A stretch of 58,559 nucleotides of DNA from an uncultured Desulfobacteraceae bacterium (lineage in GTDB: Bacteria; Desulfobacterota; Desulfobacteria; Desulfobacterales; UBA2156): NCBI GenBank assembly GCA_964596535.1, contig CAZQUR010000005.1, positions 1 to 58,559 of the forward strand, in the 5' to 3' direction. Below, piece by piece: positions 8,537-18,219 of the stretch. The notes under the pieces were generated by a model that had not been told where the DNA came from, searched no databases, and worked only from the letters and a program-made list of their open reading frames with translations. Position numbers and translations under genes: made by a program. Numbering within the stretch: the stretch's first letter is position 1; each line of letters starts with the position of its first letter.

Positions 8537-9628
8537 TCAGCCGAAGTAGGCCCGGATGAACTTCAAGAAACGCTCGTTTTCCTCATCCTTGCCCGGCGTC
8601 ACCCGAAAATAACCCGTCTTGCCGTGAATCTCTCCGATTTTTTTCAAGAAAATCTGCTCCATCTCCATGGCGGCCGCCAGAATCTCTTCCGTGGTCTTCC
8701 CCGTCATGGTGGCGTCCACGAGCATATAATTGCCGTTGGCCGGATACGGCTTGAGGCCGAGCTTCTTGAGCTCCTCGGTAAAAATGGACATCCATTTGTT
8801 GTTGTGGGCCACCTTGGCCTGGACTTCTTCGGGATTGTCGAGAATGGCTTCGGCGGCGGCGGCGGACATGACGCTCACGTTCCAGGGCAAAAACATCCGG
8901 TTGAAGGCGGCGATCATCTCTTCGGATCCCAGCACGAACCCGAAGCGGATGCCGGCAAAGCCGTAGGCCTTGGAAAAGGTCACCGAAAGGAAGACATGGG
9001 GATATTTCTTGATCAAGGGCGCCTTGGACGGCCGATCGGGGTTATAATCCAGATAGGCTTCGTCCAAACAAAGGGGAACCCCGGTTTCGCAGAACCGGAT
9101 CAGGTCGTCGTCATCGATGAAGACCCCCGTCGGATTATTGGGGTTGATGATCAAAATGAGCTTGGTTTTCTCGTTGATGGCCTGGAACATCCCTTCCACA
9201 TCATACTGGAGGTCGCCTTCCCGAACCGGAACCTGGACCACTTTGCCCCCGCACAATTCCGCCCGGGGCGGAAAAAGTTCGAAGGTGGGGGTGGAACAGA
9301 TAAACTCGTCTCCGGGTTTCAGGAAAATCCGCATCATGGCATCGATGGTTTCCGACGAACCGTTGCAAAGGGTTACATTGTCGGGACCCAGCCCATACAT
9401 GTTTCCGATCTTGGCCCGGAGGCGGAGAAAACTGTCCGGATACCAGTTTCCGTGCTTCAGGGCATCGGCCACCGCTTGGATCACCTTGTCCGAAGGGGGG
9501 ATCGGGTTTTCATTGAGCATCAGTCGCCCTTTTTCCGGGTGAGCCCAGGCTTTGTCGAGTATGCTGACGTTGTATTCCCGGGACGAGAGAAGCCACGGGA
9601 CAAACCAGTCTTTGAGTGCTTTTGCCAT
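8537..9628 (-). CDS. Class I/II aminotransferase, histidinol-phosphate aminotransferase-like
   Basis: 363 aa. Has LNENPIPPS, NPNNPTG and SVTFSKAYGFAGIRFG (PLP-Lys context), typical of the HisC/CobD-like subfamily. Confidence 0.75.
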   Translation of the reverse strand: MAKALKDWFVPWLLSSREYNVSILDKAWAHPEKGRLMLNENPIPPSDKVIQAVADALKHGNWYPDSFLRLRAKIGNMYGLGPDNVTLCNGSSETIDAMMRIFLKPGDEFICSTPTFELFPPRAELCGGKVVQVPVREGDLQYDVEGMFQAINEKTKLILIINPNNPTGVFIDDDDLIRFCETGVPLCLDEAYLDYNPDRPSKAPLIKKYPHVFLSVTFSKAYGFAGIRFGFVLGSEEMIAAFNRMFLPWNVSVMSAAAAEAILDNPEEVQAKVAHNNKWMSIFTEELKKLGLKPYPANGNYMLVDATMTGKTTEEILAAAMEMEQIFLKKIGEIHGKTGYFRVTPGKDEENERFLKFIRAYFG

Positions 9629-9695
9629 TTTTTCCTCCTTTTACCTGATAAAAGTCATCTCTTTTATGTTCCGCCCGCGGGCGGAGATGCAGCCC

Positions 9696-10808
9696 TTACA
9701 GGACGGCATCCAGCGGGGTGTATTCCAACCCAAAAGCCTCGGCCACCCCTTTGTACGTCACTTTACCGTCGATGATGTTCACCCCCTTTGCCAAGTCGGG
9801 GTTTTGCCTGACGGCGATCTTGTAGCCTTTGTCCGCCAGTTCCAGGGCATAGGGGAGGGTGGCGTTGGTGAGTGCGATGGTGGACGTCATGGACACCGCC
9901 CCCGGCATGTTGGCCACGCAGTAGTGGATGATACCGTCGACTTCATAAATGGGATCGTCATGGGTGGTGGGCTTGGCCGTTTCGACACACCCCCCTTGAT
10001 CAATGGCCACGTCCACGATAACCGATCCCTTCTTCATGAGCCCCAGCATGTCCCGGGTCACCAGTTTCGGGGCCATGGCCCCCGGAATGAGCACCGCGCC
10101 CACCACCAGGTCGGATTTCGGGAGCAGACTCCGAATGGTGGCGGGATTGGACATGAGGGCGAAACAGTTTTTGGGCATCACGTCGGAAAGATATCGCAAC
10201 CGATCGAGATTGGTGTCCAACAGGTACACCCGGGCCCCCATCCCGCAGGCCATCTTGGCGGCGTTGGTGCCCACAATGCCGCCCCCGATGATCAAAACGG
10301 TCCCTGAATCCACCCCCGGAACCCCGCTGAGCAGGACCCCCTTGCCGCCGTAGGTCTTTTCCAGGTATTTGGCCCCTTCCTGGATCGCCATCCGCCCGGC
10401 CACCTCGCTCATGGGCGTCAACAGGGGCAAAAATCCGTTCGCTTTCTCCACGGTCTCATAGGCGATGGCAACGCATTTGTCCGTCATCATGGCCCGGGTC
10501 AACTCTTCCGAGGCCGCAAAATGAAAATAGGTGAACACGATCTGATCCTCCCGGATCATGTCGTATTCCACCGGAAGGGGTTCTTTGACCTTCATGACCA
10601 TTTCGCAGGAATCATACACTTCTTTGGGGGTGGCGGCGATGGTGGCGCCGGCCTTCCCGTAGTCCTCGTCCGAAAAACCGGATCCTTCCCCCGCCGTGGT
10701 TTCCACGAGGATTTTATGCCCGCGGGAGACCATTTGTTCCACACCCGCCGGGGTCATGGCCACCCGGTTTTCCTTTCGCTTGATTTCCTTCAATACACCC
10801 ACTTGCAT
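9696..10808 (-). CDS. ald: Alanine dehydrogenase
   Basis: 370 aa. Has MQVGVLKEIKRKENRVAMTP and a GGGIVGTNAAKMA NAD-binding loop; AGGAGG RBS. Confidence 0.85.
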   Translation of the reverse strand: MQVGVLKEIKRKENRVAMTPAGVEQMVSRGHKILVETTAGEGSGFSDEDYGKAGATIAATPKEVYDSCEMVMKVKEPLPVEYDMIREDQIVFTYFHFAASEELTRAMMTDKCVAIAYETVEKANGFLPLLTPMSEVAGRMAIQEGAKYLEKTYGGKGVLLSGVPGVDSGTVLIIGGGIVGTNAAKMACGMGARVYLLDTNLDRLRYLSDVMPKNCFALMSNPATIRSLLPKSDLVVGAVLIPGAMAPKLVTRDMLGLMKKGSVIVDVAIDQGGCVETAKPTTHDDPIYEVDGIIHYCVANMPGAVSMTSTIALTNATLPYALELADKGYKIAVRQNPDLAKGVNIIDGKVTYKGVAEAFGLEYTPLDAVL

Positions 10809-10832
10809 GAGAGGGCCTCCTTGTTTTGTCGT

Positions 10833-12053
10833 TTACTCCTTCGAGGAAAAATTACAGGCCGTATCGAGGCATTTCCCGGCAAAGGCCACCATCTCTTCGG
10901 TGGCCTTTGAAAACTGCTCCGCCGTTCTCTGGAGGGCCGGATGCGTATTGTACTCTTCCCGATTGTATCCGTCTTCGGCATAGGCCCTCTCGAAATAGGG
11001 CACCCGCATGAGTTTGTCCATCACCTCCCTGGAAATCGGCGCATGAATCCGGTCCGGCGCGTAAACGATCTCCTTTTCTTCTTCAAAATGGATGATCTGA
11101 TCAATGAACGGCGGCGGACAGGTCATCACGATGGCCCCACCCGTCTTTTCCTCCAAGTGCCAGATGCGGGTTTTTCCATTGACTTTCGGACCGAGCCGCA
11201 AGGAGCAGGAGAGCATCTTGCTGGGAAGTTTGTTGTCCTCGAGGAATTGATAGGCCTTCTTGAAAATGGCCAGTTCCGCAAGTCGCACATCCCCGTCCGT
11301 CAGCTCAATGCCCTTTTCCTTGGCGAAATCGCGCAGGCCGCCCAGATCCCCGTAGCGGGACTCCATGTGGGTGATGACGGACCGCCATTTGCTCAAATCC
11401 ACGCTGTTCGCTTTGGCCTTTTCCAATCCTTTGGCAACGGTGCGGGCACAATCCACCAGTTGGGGCAGGATAAAGGTCAAGGTGTTGTTGGTGGAGATGC
11501 CCCGGGCGGTCAATTCTTCGATCACGTCATATCCCTGCCGGGACCCGGGCACTTTGATCATGACGTTGGGATTGAGGGCGGCCAGTTCAAGGGCCTGTTT
11601 GAGCATTGCGTCTTTGTCGAAAACGCTCCTGGGATCCACCTGGCCGGACAAAAACCCTTCTTTGTATCCGGATTTTTCAAAAAGCGGGAGATACATGTCG
11701 GATCCCCGCTGGACCACCTTTTTATACAGCTCCCAAAACAGGGTTTCCTTGTCGATTCCCGGATGTGCGGCGATGATTTCTCCGGCCACCGTTTCCCAGT
11801 AAGGCGGATCATCCTGGATCGCCTGCAAAGAAAGGGGCGGGTTGGTGGTCACGCCCCGAAAGAGCTGGTTTTCAGGGGCGCTTTCGTTGTACATACGATC
11901 GAACTGGCGCTCCAGGACCGGACGCGTTTCGGAAGTGGCTTTTTCAAGCAATTTCCGGCACCAGTTTTTAAAGATCACCGGGGATGAATCCCACCAAATT
12001 TCCATTCCAGGGCTTACATCCACCAGTTTTTCGAGCAGATTTTTTTCTTCCAT
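10833..12053 (-). CDS. Transaldolase-family protein (long form)
   Basis: 406 aa. Has VTTNPPL, IKVPGS (Schiff-base Lys context) and ISTNNTLTF motifs of transaldolases; GAAGGAGG RBS. Confidence 0.7.
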   Translation of the reverse strand: MEEKNLLEKLVDVSPGMEIWWDSSPVIFKNWCRKLLEKATSETRPVLERQFDRMYNESAPENQLFRGVTTNPPLSLQAIQDDPPYWETVAGEIIAAHPGIDKETLFWELYKKVVQRGSDMYLPLFEKSGYKEGFLSGQVDPRSVFDKDAMLKQALELAALNPNVMIKVPGSRQGYDVIEELTARGISTNNTLTFILPQLVDCARTVAKGLEKAKANSVDLSKWRSVITHMESRYGDLGGLRDFAKEKGIELTDGDVRLAELAIFKKAYQFLEDNKLPSKMLSCSLRLGPKVNGKTRIWHLEEKTGGAIVMTCPPPFIDQIIHFEEEKEIVYAPDRIHAPISREVMDKLMRVPYFERAYAEDGYNREEYNTHPALQRTAEQFSKATEEMVAFAGKCLDTACNFSSKE

Positions 12054-12118
12054 CGATTTCCTCCTTCACTCAACGATTACTGCGTTTCGACGTTTCGTCT
12101 CTTTAGGGTTTATGCTTT

Positions 12119-12871
12119 TCACGGGGTCAGGTGGTATTGCCCCAATTCCACTTCAAAGACGTATTTATCCCCCCGGAAGTAACTGTAGAGGACTTCCACG
12201 GGCATGTTCCGGTCGTTGTAGGTGACGCTTTCCGAATACAATGCGGCGCTGTTATGCTTGAGCCCTAAATGGGAAGCGATCTTTTTGCTTAAATTCACCG
12301 CCCGGATCGTTTGTTCGCTTCGTTCCAGAACCACACCGAACTCCCGGGTAAAAATATCGTACATGGAACCGGTGAGGTCCATTTCCAGGATGCCGCCAAA
12401 AAGGTCCGCCGGCAGGTATGTCTCTTCGTAAATCAGGGGAAGGTCGTCTCCGGAGCGCACCCGTCGAATGACAAGAACCGGCGTGCCCGGACCCAGGGCC
12501 AGATTTTTGGCCACGGTTTCTGAGGGGGTTTCCAACCCTTTTTCAAGGAGGCGGGTCTTTTCGCGCACTCCGGACTGCTGCAGCTCCCGGCGGAAACTGG
12601 AAATCCGGTTGAGTTTGTGCCGGACGGGGAGCGATTCCGTAGACGCCACAAAGGTGCCCACCCCCTTGACCTTCTGCAGTAACCCTTCCGCCGTCAATTC
12701 CCCGATGGCCTGCCGCAGGGTATTGCGGTTGACGCGGCACATCCGCGACAACTCGATTTCAGAAGGCAGCTTTTCACCGATTTTGTATCGTCCCAGCTGA
12801 ATCGCCTCTTTCAGCCAGGCGCTGATCTGAAGATATTTGGGAATCGGATTCTTGGGATCAACAATGATCAC
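12119..12871 (-). CDS. GntR-family transcriptional regulator, HutC/UTRA subfamily
   Basis: 250 aa with an apparent GTG start. Has an N-terminal wHTH (LPSEIELSRMCRVNRNTLRQAIGEL) and a UTRA-like C-terminal domain. Confidence 0.8.
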   Translation of the reverse strand: MIIVDPKNPIPKYLQISAWLKEAIQLGRYKIGEKLPSEIELSRMCRVNRNTLRQAIGELTAEGLLQKVKGVGTFVASTESLPVRHKLNRISSFRRELQQSGVREKTRLLEKGLETPSETVAKNLALGPGTPVLVIRRVRSGDDLPLIYEETYLPADLFGGILEMDLTGSMYDIFTREFGVVLERSEQTIRAVNLSKKIASHLGLKHNSAALYSESVTYNDRNMPVEVLYSYFRGDKYVFEVELGQYHLTP

Positions 12872-12961
12872 GGTGCATCCATCCTTCTTTTTCCCGCCCT
12901 TCGCCCCCCGGTGTTTGCACGGAACCGGAACGCGGGTCCCGAAAGGGCGGCATGCCGGCGC

Positions 12962-14854
12962 CTATATCCGGCACAGGGCCTTGATTCGGTCTTTTATATG
13001 ATCCGGCCCGAGTTCCTGATAGGGGATCTGTTCGGAAAGGCCGCCGTGGCCTTCTTTAATCGTCCCCATGCGCGCGTATGCCCCCTTATAGCCCCTTTCC
13101 AAAAGCCAGGTGCCGAATCGGACACCGAGTCCCGATTTGATGTTTTGACTCTCCACCACCAAAACGAACTTGGCGTTGACCAGGGCCGCCATCATCTCTT
13201 CATCGATGACGTTCAGGGTGGGCTTATTGATCAGCCCCACATGGATATTTTCGCTCTTCAGGCGCTCCACGGCATCCAGACATCGGTAGAGCATTTCGCC
13301 ATAGGAGACGACCACGCCGGCATCCCCTTCCCGGACGGGTTCATCCTTTCCCGGCGTAAACCGGTAGGATTCGTCGTAAAACAGCTCCCCGTTCTCCTTC
13401 AGGATGAACGGGGTGGCGGATCGGGTGGAAAAGATAAACCGCAGTCCCGGATCGCCGAAGACCGCCTTCAGGACGGCCCGCATCTGCTTGGCATCGGCGG
13501 GGAAGTACAATCGGGTGCGGTCGTTTTCCTGCAGACCGTTGTCGGCGAAAAAGTTGTTGATCCCGAAATGACACGTGTTGTCCGCCATATCGTCCACACC
13601 GGCATGGGAAAAATGAGCCAGCACATTGGCCCGGTTCAACCGGGCCATGGTGATCTCGGACACCACCATCTCCAGGAAGGCGGAAAAGGTCCCATAGATC
13701 CCTTGTCTTTGGGTTTCCGATCCAAAACCGGCGGCCACCGAAAAATTGTTCCGCTCCATGATGCCGCCGGAGACATACACCTCGGGATACGCTTTCCGAA
13801 TGTGATGCAGCCCGCAGGATCCTTCCAGATCCGAGTCCACCACAAGGACTTTGGACTTTCGGTCCGGCATCGTCTCGAGGATTTCACAGAGGATCTTTCC
13901 GAAGTCGTCCCGGTTTTTGCCCTGCTCCGGGGTGCTGCCGAGATACGCCACGGCGGATTTCGCCTTGGTCGTCCCCTCCAGGACGCTGGCGGCCTCGTGG
14001 CGTCCCTTTTCCTTCAGATAGGCAAGGGCAAGATCAACAGAGATGACGTCATGGGCCTTGGGGGAACCTTCGAGTCCGGAAATGCCTACGGCCATTTTCC
14101 GTTTGTTCACCAGGGCCACCGGCCCCTGGATGGTCAGCGCCCGGCGGATCCTTTGGTAAAGAGCGGACAGGTCTTCGCCCAAGCCCGTGTCCACCTTCAC
14201 CCCGTGGCCTTTCAGTGTCTGTTCCACGCTGAATCCGTTTAAATATTGGCTGGGATGCCCGGCAATGGTGACATCGTTGTCGTCGATGAGAAGCTTGACG
14301 TTGAGATTCCGGGCCACCGCGCACCGGGCGGCTTCCGCATCCCCGCCTTCCTGCTGGGAGCCGTCACTTCCGAACAGGACCGCCGTTTTTTCCGGGTGGG
14401 CGGAGGCCACACCGTTGACGTAGCTCCATAGGTGTCCCAGGCGCCCGGAACTGAAAAAGACCCCTTGCGCATCGTCCCTTTCCGGGTGGCCGTAGAGACC
14501 GCTTGCAAATTCCCGGTAATGCAGCAACGATTCAGGGGGCTTGAACCCGTTGAGCACCGCCATGAGGTACTGAATGGCAACCCGATGGCCGGCTTCATCA
14601 AAGTACACGGGGAGGATCGCATCGCTTCCTTTCATGAACCCATCGACGATCAAAAGTTCCGGCACGATGTCATAGGCGCCTCCGGTATGCCCCCCCAGTC
14701 CCTTGGCATTGGCAAAGGCGGTGAAAAAGACGATGGTATCCCGGACCAATGCGATGTTTTCCCGCAGCCGGGATTCGTTTTCCGGAGTGAGTTCGCCCTG
14801 AGCGGCGGAAAAGCGCAAAGGCTGAAATGCATCCAGATCAATGGGAAATTTCAT
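12962..14854 (-). CDS. Transketolase-family ThDP enzyme (single polypeptide, 630 aa)
   Basis: Has GGHTGGAYD and GSDGSQQEG ThDP/Mg motifs in the N-terminal half and Pyr plus C-terminal domains in the rest. GGAGG RBS upstream. Confidence 0.75.
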   Translation of the reverse strand: MKFPIDLDAFQPLRFSAAQGELTPENESRLRENIALVRDTIVFFTAFANAKGLGGHTGGAYDIVPELLIVDGFMKGSDAILPVYFDEAGHRVAIQYLMAVLNGFKPPESLLHYREFASGLYGHPERDDAQGVFFSSGRLGHLWSYVNGVASAHPEKTAVLFGSDGSQQEGGDAEAARCAVARNLNVKLLIDDNDVTIAGHPSQYLNGFSVEQTLKGHGVKVDTGLGEDLSALYQRIRRALTIQGPVALVNKRKMAVGISGLEGSPKAHDVISVDLALAYLKEKGRHEAASVLEGTTKAKSAVAYLGSTPEQGKNRDDFGKILCEILETMPDRKSKVLVVDSDLEGSCGLHHIRKAYPEVYVSGGIMERNNFSVAAGFGSETQRQGIYGTFSAFLEMVVSEITMARLNRANVLAHFSHAGVDDMADNTCHFGINNFFADNGLQENDRTRLYFPADAKQMRAVLKAVFGDPGLRFIFSTRSATPFILKENGELFYDESYRFTPGKDEPVREGDAGVVVSYGEMLYRCLDAVERLKSENIHVGLINKPTLNVIDEEMMAALVNAKFVLVVESQNIKSGLGVRFGTWLLERGYKGAYARMGTIKEGHGGLSEQIPYQELGPDHIKDRIKALCRI

Positions 14855-14975
14855 GGATCGCCTCCAATGGTTTACTGGGTCCTATTCCGGGAATCTCCTT
14901 GTTTTCCTTCGGCCGGCCGGCTTCGGCCGTCTCTTTCTTGTGTTGCTCCCGAACGGTTGGGTATTTGTATAATGT

Positions 14976-14992
14976 TATAGATGTATAGACAT
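14976..14992 (+). promoter_or_regulatory. Candidate GntR/HutC operator, copy A (TATAGATGTATAGACAT)
   Basis: One of three near-identical 17-mers in the window. It lies about 125 nt upstream of the transketolase start. It sits just downstream of a minus-strand TTGACA(15025-15020)-N17-TATTCT(15002-14997) promoter-like pair. The core GT-ATAG-AC fits GntR-type half-site logic. Confidence 0.6.
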
Positions 14993-15124
14993 GAAGAGAA
15001 TAACGGAAGTGTATATCCATGTCAAGGAAAATCCGACACCTTAACCCTTTTTTAATAGAGCCACTTGGAAACGATCGATAATGGAAAAAGAGAAACGGTT
15101 CCTCTCCTCCTTGGCCATGCTCCT

Positions 15125-16078
15125 CTAGACGGCAATCCCGTATGCTTCACGGATCATCGCAAGATTGTTTATCGCATTTTCATATTTGACTTTTCCATAG
15201 GTGTAATAGTCGAAGGAAATCTTGGAGACGTTGAGTTGAATCAGGCTCCATAAAAACCAGTAGATATCCGGAAAGGGCTTGAATAAGTCGATGAAAAAAA
15301 GCGTCCGCTCAAAGGCGTCCCCCTGACAATAGGTGGCGACGATTTGTTTTTCCGCCTCCCGCGGCACAAGGATTTCCTGGAACATGTCGGCGATGTCATA
15401 ATACTTCGGCGCCATGCCCGCATATTCCCAGTCGATGATATACATGGCGGATGCATATTTCTCCCGGGCGTCTTCATTGATCAAAACGAAGTTCTCCGCC
15501 AGAAGATCATTGTGACACGCCGTGTATTCGGATTCCGGAATATTGATGATGCTCGACAGTTTGACGAGGCGGTCGATGGTCCCGTCGATATCGAATTCCG
15601 GATAGCGGACATCCAGCTTCCGGAGAATGGCCGCCATCTTCATCACTTCAACGAGCGGATTGAACACCTTTTTCAAGGTCACGCCGCTCGTATGAATTTT
15701 TCGAATCGGCTCCACGATTTTGGGATAAAGGGAGGCATCCAGAAAATGCGGGTTGGTCAACACGATGGAATCCCCGATGAATTCGACGATGGTCACGCCG
15801 AGTTCAGGCATGAATTTGACAAGATTCGAACACACGCCGATCTTCGACATCTCCTGGATGGTATGGGCCTCGTACTCCCGATTGATGAAAAGGTCGGTTT
15901 TATCCCCGTAGATGCGTACCGTATAATCGCCCTTTTCGGATCGAATCCGATACAGCTTGTTGGTGATCCCGCCGCTGAGTTGCTCGATTTGAATCTCCAG
16001 GCCTTTCCATTCCGGTAGAAGATCGTAACAAATTTGCGGTGTCAGTTCCCGGTCCAACAAGGATCTTTCCGTACCCAT
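15125..16078 (-). CDS. APH/choline-ethanolamine-kinase-family phosphotransferase
   Basis: Has LSGGITNKLYRI, HNDLLAENFV and IIDWEYAG motifs (Brenner and choline-kinase-like motifs). The start is ATG 16078 or 16084; the GGGGG RBS favours 16078. Confidence 0.7.
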   Translation of the reverse strand: MGTERSLLDRELTPQICYDLLPEWKGLEIQIEQLSGGITNKLYRIRSEKGDYTVRIYGDKTDLFINREYEAHTIQEMSKIGVCSNLVKFMPELGVTIVEFIGDSIVLTNPHFLDASLYPKIVEPIRKIHTSGVTLKKVFNPLVEVMKMAAILRKLDVRYPEFDIDGTIDRLVKLSSIINIPESEYTACHNDLLAENFVLINEDAREKYASAMYIIDWEYAGMAPKYYDIADMFQEILVPREAEKQIVATYCQGDAFERTLFFIDLFKPFPDIYWFLWSLIQLNVSKISFDYYTYGKVKYENAINNLAMIREAYGIAV

Positions 16079-16375
16079 ATGCATTCCCCCTTTTTGTTTT
16101 GAAACGATTCTCTTTGTCGATTTTCGGTTTCTTGAAATCGGCAACGCGCAAAAAACCGCATCCGATGCCGCCGAGCCCTTTATATAAAAAGCTTGACAAA
16201 TGCAAACCCGACACGGTAGGCAGACAATGCGGGTGCGTCATGCCGCCCGCCTTCGATGTCCGGCTGAATCAGTCGCCTTTTGGAACACACAATACGGTGA
16301 ACGCATGCTTTTGCGACGTCGACATGTAAAGCGAGTTCTTTCCGCGGGTTCAAGCATATTTATTTTTGGCTGATG

Positions 16376-16392
16376 CTGTATATACATCTATA
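16376..16392 (-). promoter_or_regulatory. Candidate GntR/HutC operator, copy B (minus strand reads TATAGATGTATATACAG)
   Basis: Lies in the divergent kinase/dctP intergenic region. It overlaps a plus-strand TTGGCT(16366)-N17-TATATC(16389) promoter-like pair for dctP. Confidence 0.6.
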
Positions 16393-16472
16393 TCAATCGG
16401 TCCGTTTCATGTCAAGAGGGAAAGGCGGCATGAACGTTTTACCAACCCAACACCAAAAAGGAGGCAGGTTCA

Positions 16473-17522
16473 ATGAAACGACGCGATTTTCTTAAAAAAG
16501 CAGGGCTTGGGACCGCCGCAGTGGCGGCCACAGCGGTCAATGCACCCTACGTGATCGCGCAGAAGAAAACGACCATCAAATGGAGAATGCAAACGTATGC
16601 CGGTCCTGCCCTGGCCGCCCACGTCATTAAGCCGTCCATCGATGCATTCAACAAGGCCGCGAACGGCGAAATGATCGTCGAACTTTACAACGCGGACCAG
16701 TTGGTCCCCCACGGAGAGCTGTTCAGGGCCATCCAGAGAGGGACCATCGACGCGGTGCAAAGTGATGATGATTCCATCGCGGCGCCGGTGGACGTATCGG
16801 TCTTCGCGGCATACTTCCCCTTCGCGTCCCGCTACTCCCTGGACGTCCCCGTTTTGTTCCACTGGTATGGGCTCGACAAGATATGGGAAGAAGCCTACGC
16901 CGAAGTGGAAAACGTCACCTGGCTGAGCGCCGGTGCGTGGGACCCGTGCAATTTCGCCACGGTCCGGCCCATCAAACACGTGGAGGATCTCAAGGGCCTG
17001 AGAATGTACATGTTTCCCACGGGGGGACGGTTCATGCAGCAGTTCGGCGTGGTGCCCATGTCCATCCCCTACGAAGACGTCCAAATGGCCATCCAGACCG
17101 GAGAACTGGACGGCGTGGCCTGGTCGGGGATCACCGAAGACTATACCGTCGGATGGGCGGACGTCACCAAGTATTACCTGACCAACCCCATCTCCGGCGC
17201 ATGGGCGGGGTCTTATTTTGTCCACACCCCATCCTGGGAAAAGGTGCCGGAACACTTGAAAACCCTGTTTCGCCTTTGTATCGACAGTTCCCATTACTAT
17301 CGTCAGCATTGGTACTGGTGGGGTGAAGCCCACTACCGTACCAAAGGCGGCAAGCTGAAACTCACCTCCATTCCAAAAGAGGAGTGGAAGGTGGTGGAAG
17401 ATGCGGCATTGAAATTCTGGGAAGAGGTGGCGGCCAGGAGCCCCCGGGACGCCAAAGTCGTCAAAATACTCAAAGAATATGCCAAGACCATGGAAGAAGC
17501 CGGACCTCCGTACCGGTATTAA
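16473..17522 (+). CDS. TRAP transporter substrate-binding protein (DctP family) with Tat-type signal
   Basis: 349 aa. The N-terminus MKRRDFLKKAGLGTAAVAA has a twin-arginine motif. AAGGAGG RBS. Followed by dctQ/dctM-type genes. Confidence 0.8.
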   Translation: MKRRDFLKKAGLGTAAVAATAVNAPYVIAQKKTTIKWRMQTYAGPALAAHVIKPSIDAFNKAANGEMIVELYNADQLVPHGELFRAIQRGTIDAVQSDDDSIAAPVDVSVFAAYFPFASRYSLDVPVLFHWYGLDKIWEEAYAEVENVTWLSAGAWDPCNFATVRPIKHVEDLKGLRMYMFPTGGRFMQQFGVVPMSIPYEDVQMAIQTGELDGVAWSGITEDYTVGWADVTKYYLTNPISGAWAGSYFVHTPSWEKVPEHLKTLFRLCIDSSHYYRQHWYWWGEAHYRTKGGKLKLTSIPKEEWKVVEDAALKFWEEVAARSPRDAKVVKILKEYAKTMEEAGPPYRY

Positions 17523-17550
17523 TTCGCCGGGATATTTTATTTCAGTCCAT

Positions 17551-17591
17551 TTCACCTTCCCGGGCACCGCACCTCAGCCCGGGAAGGTGAA
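17551..17591 (+). other. Intercistronic 15-bp stem-loop after the TRAP binding-protein gene
   Basis: TTCACCTTCCCGGGC (17551-17565) pairs perfectly with GCCCGGGAAGGTGAA (17577-17591). No U-tract follows, so it is more likely an mRNA-stabilising or partial-attenuation element than a full terminator. Confidence 0.6.
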
Positions 17592-17706
17592 CCTTTAATT
17601 GCCCGATGGAATCCCAAGCGGTTCCGGGGGCCTTTTTACGCCCGGTGAAATTTTAAGCCCATTCAGACAGAAACATTAAACCGGTCATTGCCTTAAAGGA
17701 ACGCAT

Positions 17707-18219
17707 ATGCCGAAGTTCATCAAAGCGTTTGTGCGCTGCACCGATGCCACGAGCACGGCCGTGGGCCGATTCGCGCAATACATGGTGTTCGCCATGATGG
17801 GCATTTTGCTTTTTGAGTCCATCTCCAGGACCCTGTTCAACCGCCCTCACATCTGGGTGGTGGAAATCGCCCAATTCCTCATGGCCGCCTATTACCTGCT
17901 GGGCGGGGGATACTCCATGATTCTGGAAGGACACGTCCGCATGGACCTTCTCTACGGGCGGTGGTCCAAGAAACGACAGGCCCTGGCGGATATGCTGACG
18001 GTCCCTTTTTTAATCTTTTACCTGATCTTTCTTCTTGTCGGCGCCATTTCAAGCATTGATTACGCGATACGGTATGGGCAGGTGAATTATACCCCCTGGG
18101 CGCCGCCTTTGGCTCCGATCAAGATCATCATGGCCGTCGGAATTCTGATCATGCTGCTCCAGGCCATTGCCACCTTCTTCAAAGACCTTGAAAAAGCCAA
18201 AGGGAAGGAATCCTCATGA
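17707..18219 (+). CDS. TRAP transporter small permease (DctQ family)
   Basis: 170 aa, four hydrophobic segments. It sits between DctP-like and DctM-like genes and overlaps the dctM start by 4 nt. Confidence 0.75.
   Translation: MPKFIKAFVRCTDATSTAVGRFAQYMVFAMMGILLFESISRTLFNRPHIWVVEIAQFLMAAYYLLGGGYSMILEGHVRMDLLYGRWSKKRQALADMLTVPFLIFYLIFLLVGAISSIDYAIRYGQVNYTPWAPPLAPIKIIMAVGILIMLLQAIATFFKDLEKAKGKESS

Noticed and set aside
8624-9775. 383-aa plus-strand ORF, plus similar long antisense ORFs
   Set aside because: Similar ORFs are at 12911-14242, 16470-17567, 18837-20054, 29487-30482, 32439-33641, 43464-44459, 44589-45656, 46170-47132, 52657-53889, 53831-54736 and 54648-55796. Each lies opposite a gene with strong homology motifs (aminotransferase, transketolase, DctP, DctM, GltB-like, IlvE, rSAM, CsgG-like, HtrA, YidC, Jag, MnmE). 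Their translations are low-complexity Arg/Gly/Pro/His-rich strings without RBS support.
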